Below are positions 61,721 to 64,000 of a stretch of 64,000 nt of DNA, in pieces (position 1 is the first letter of the stretch; each line of letters starts with the position of its first letter). The notes under the pieces were generated by a model. The model saw only the letters and a list, made by a program, of their open reading frames with translations, had not been told where the DNA came from and searched no databases. The position numbers and the translations under genes were made by a program. Origin of the DNA: an uncultured Methanomicrobiales archaeon (GTDB lineage: Archaea; Halobacteriota; Methanomicrobia; Methanomicrobiales; Methanospirillaceae); NCBI GenBank assembly GCA_963758915.1, contig CAVWXH010000003.1, positions 192,001 to 256,000 of the forward strand, read 5' to 3'.

Positions 61721-62932
61721 TCAGAAAAGACCAATTCCAAATGAATAGAGGATTACCGGCACCATTATCGCCCCCATGCAAAACACCCGGGAAATGTTGA
61801 CCATCCGGGGGATAAAACCCACAAGGATCGCAAGGACAAGGATGAAGAGGCCGAATGGTCCGGCAATAAGGAAGCTAATCAGGACAATAAACCCGATTGC
61901 GGTATAATTCAGCACCGTTCCGTCTACCCCGTTCAGGCGATCGGCATACCCTGACAACCATATCGTCACCGGGTATGCCAGGCAGGCGGCAAGCGCACCC
62001 GATACCAGCAGGGATGCCATGGAAGGTGCTCCGACCGATGAAATGGCAACCATAACGCCGTTCCGCTCTCTGCCGATTGCAAACAGGGCTGCAAGCCCTA
62101 TAATTGCATTTGCCGTGTTTGCTGCACTCGTGGAGAATATATACGCCCTCCTGTCCCGCCTGTAGTCCGTTTTCGAACAGATCACCGCATTTGCGGTCGC
62201 ATTCGAGAGCCCCGGAAGCCAGCCTACGATGGTGCCGGCAATGGTTCCGATAACGGTCCCCTTCCCAATCTCGCTCCGGGTCATCCCTATCCCGCTGAAC
62301 CGCTGTTCCGGCACAGGCCCCCGCGATGAGAACAGGAGCACTGATATACCGAACATTCCGGTCAGCAGGGGCATCAGCACCCCTGATTCTCCCAGCGTGT
62401 GCCACCCGAGAAATGCATACCGGAACGTGAATATCCCAAGAAGGCCTGATATTCCGAAAATTAACAGCGCCCAGCCCGGGGACTCGCTTTCTAGTACCAG
62501 GTACCCGACAACGGCAACAAGTATGATACCCACCCACCAGTCAAGGTAAGGCTGAAGCGGAGGAAGTATGAAGAAGAGGAGGACCGACAGGGGTATCGCC
62601 AGTATGACAGCGCAGGTACTGCCAAGTGCCGCAATCCTGACGGCTTCCTGCCCTTTGCCTTCAAGGCAGAGCATATGAGAGGGGAGGACTGAAAGTGCGG
62701 TATCAGCATCGGGGATGCCAAGAAATGTGCTGGGAATGCTGTCAAGGAACGTATGCGTGATCAACGCGGCAAACATTGCAGCGGCCAGCGCTTCAAGACC
62801 AATGACCGGCAGGAGGAACGCCTGCATCCCGAGCAGGGAGGCCGCAAGCGTATTTGAGTGGACACCGGGAAAAAGCCCGCTGATTATTCCAAGGAACACC
62901 CCTGCCAGCGTACCGGCAATGATCCCAATCAC
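61721..62932 (-). CDS. TctA/DUF112 family membrane protein
   Basis: GLFPGVHSN, HTFLDSIPSTFLGIPD, LPSH; GTG start inferred. Confidence 0.85.
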   Translation of the reverse strand: MIGIIAGTLAGVFLGIISGLFPGVHSNTLAASLLGMQAFLLPVIGLEALAAAMFAALITHTFLDSIPSTFLGIPDADTALSVLPSHMLCLEGKGQEAVRIAALGSTCAVILAIPLSVLLFFILPPLQPYLDWWVGIILVAVVGYLVLESESPGWALLIFGISGLLGIFTFRYAFLGWHTLGESGVLMPLLTGMFGISVLLFSSRGPVPEQRFSGIGMTRSEIGKGTVIGTIAGTIVGWLPGLSNATANAVICSKTDYRRDRRAYIFSTSAANTANAIIGLAALFAIGRERNGVMVAISSVGAPSMASLLVSGALAACLAYPVTIWLSGYADRLNGVDGTVLNYTAIGFIVLISFLIAGPFGLFILVLAILVGFIPRMVNISRVFCMGAIMVPVILYSFGIGLF

Positions 62933-63003
62933 AGGGTACGCTTGGGAAGACCGGGGATAAAGGAATCGAAATACATACTGTGATATATGAGGGGGGTGAT
63001 GAT

Positions 63004-63693
63004 ATGGCAATGAAGATTGCAATCACACGGCTGAAGGGTAAGGAGGAGAAGGATAAGGAGTATTGTGCCAATTATGGCCATGAATGCTTTATTGTCTCCC
63101 CCCTGACCGCTAAGGTCCACAATGACCGGGTTGCATCTTTTGTAAAGGCTGTTGAACGTGAGGATTTCGATTGCATTTTCTTCACGAGTGCACTGCCAGC
63201 CCATATTATCGCGCCACTCATCACCCGGCGGCCACGGGTGATTGCAATCGGCCCGCAGACAGCGCGGATCCTGAAATCACACGGTGTTGATTGCGAAACG
63301 CTACCGACATATTATTCCAGGGATTTCGTGCCCTACCTCGGGACCTGGATTAAAGGGAAGAGAATTGGCATTCCAAGGGCAGATGTCCCTAATCCCGATC
63401 TTCTCGAGGCAATTTCAAAAGCAGGGGGAATTGCCACGGAGATCAGGTGTTACTCGCTTGTACCTACAGGGCAGGTACTGGACCTTAAAGATGCAGACGC
63501 AATACTTTTTACCAGTGCAATGTCATTTAAACAGGCTAAATGGAAGCGGAGCCCTGATCTGCTGATTATTGCAATTGGTGATGTGACCGCATCCGTAATG
63601 GTGGCCGACGCTATACGCCCGGATGTGATCGGGGATGGATCACTTGAAGGGACACTCCAGAAGCTGAATGATTACCAGAAACAGGCAGGATAA
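63004..63693 (+). CDS. hemD: Uroporphyrinogen-III synthase
   Basis: IAITR, FFTSA, AIGPQTA, PRA, FTSA, AIG..TA. Confidence 0.9.
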   Translation: MAMKIAITRLKGKEEKDKEYCANYGHECFIVSPLTAKVHNDRVASFVKAVEREDFDCIFFTSALPAHIIAPLITRRPRVIAIGPQTARILKSHGVDCETLPTYYSRDFVPYLGTWIKGKRIGIPRADVPNPDLLEAISKAGGIATEIRCYSLVPTGQVLDLKDADAILFTSAMSFKQAKWKRSPDLLIIAIGDVTASVMVADAIRPDVIGDGSLEGTLQKLNDYQKQAG

Positions 63694-63738
63694 CCGAAGG
63701 TCGGGAAATTGCAGAAAGATTGTAACAATGGGACCGGA

Positions 63739-64000
63739 ATGAACAGGCCGGACCCGGACGCGGTGGGAACAGAAGAAGCAGTGCCCTCGGGCATCCTTGT
63801 TATCGATAAACCCAGGGGCCCTTCAAGTCACCAGGTGACTGCATGGGTGGGGAAAATGCTAGGGGTCCGTGTGGGTCACGCCGGGACCCTTGACCCGCAG
63901 GTTTCCGGAGTCCTGCTGGTCATGCTCGGCAGGGCAGTCCGGCTCGCACCCCTCCTTCTCCAGCACCGGAAAGAATATGTCTGCCTTATGAGACTCCACG
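63739..64000 (+). CDS. cbf5: Cbf5 pseudouridine synthase (3' truncated)
   Basis: Manual translation: IDKPRGPSSHQV..VGHAGTLDPQVSGVL. Confidence 0.92.
   Translation, partial: MNRPDPDAVGTEEAVPSGILVIDKPRGPSSHQVTAWVGKMLGVRVGHAGTLDPQVSGVLLVMLGRAVRLAPLLLQHRKEYVCLMRLH

Noticed and set aside
1-64000. CRISPR array, transposase, integrase, provirus or rRNA
   Set aside because: No regularly spaced repeats or such genes seen; tRNA 3' ends show no duplicated att sites.

Overview
This is a core-genome window from a hydrogenotrophic methanogen, very likely Methanomicrobiales (Methanoregula/Methanolinea-like). The placement rests on the mtrEDCBA-F-A/G-H operon with duplicated mtrA, mtd, mer and a PGF-CTERM S-layer gene. 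From the start: an ORP-like metal/Fe-S cluster (two MinD-ferredoxin ATPases, DUF134, CGGC, J-domain, DUF5320, NifX, Mrp); a divergent larC paired with a 613-aa unknown protein; a sensor-kinase/GNAT fusion; an ABC exporter; a radical SAM/SPASM enzyme; the mtr operon; a redox cluster (double rubredoxin, Mo-oxidoreductase, F390 synthetase); the large ribosomal protein operon (rpl3 to cmk); tfx, mtd, galT-like, mer, cetZ-like, nrpR, dcd, AMP phosphorylase, S-layer, thyA, fibrillarin/nop5, hemD, cbf5; and two tRNAs. Best leads are the unknown 613-aa protein plus larC pair, a six-copy structured intergenic repeat with IS903-like ends, the pseudo-kinase/GNAT fusion, a ~600-nt structured rpl3 leader, and a small lysine-rich gene that appears to start at ATA. 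Two frameshifts (about 1020 and 59730) are probably sequencing indels. All family calls come from motif recognition; no database searches were run.
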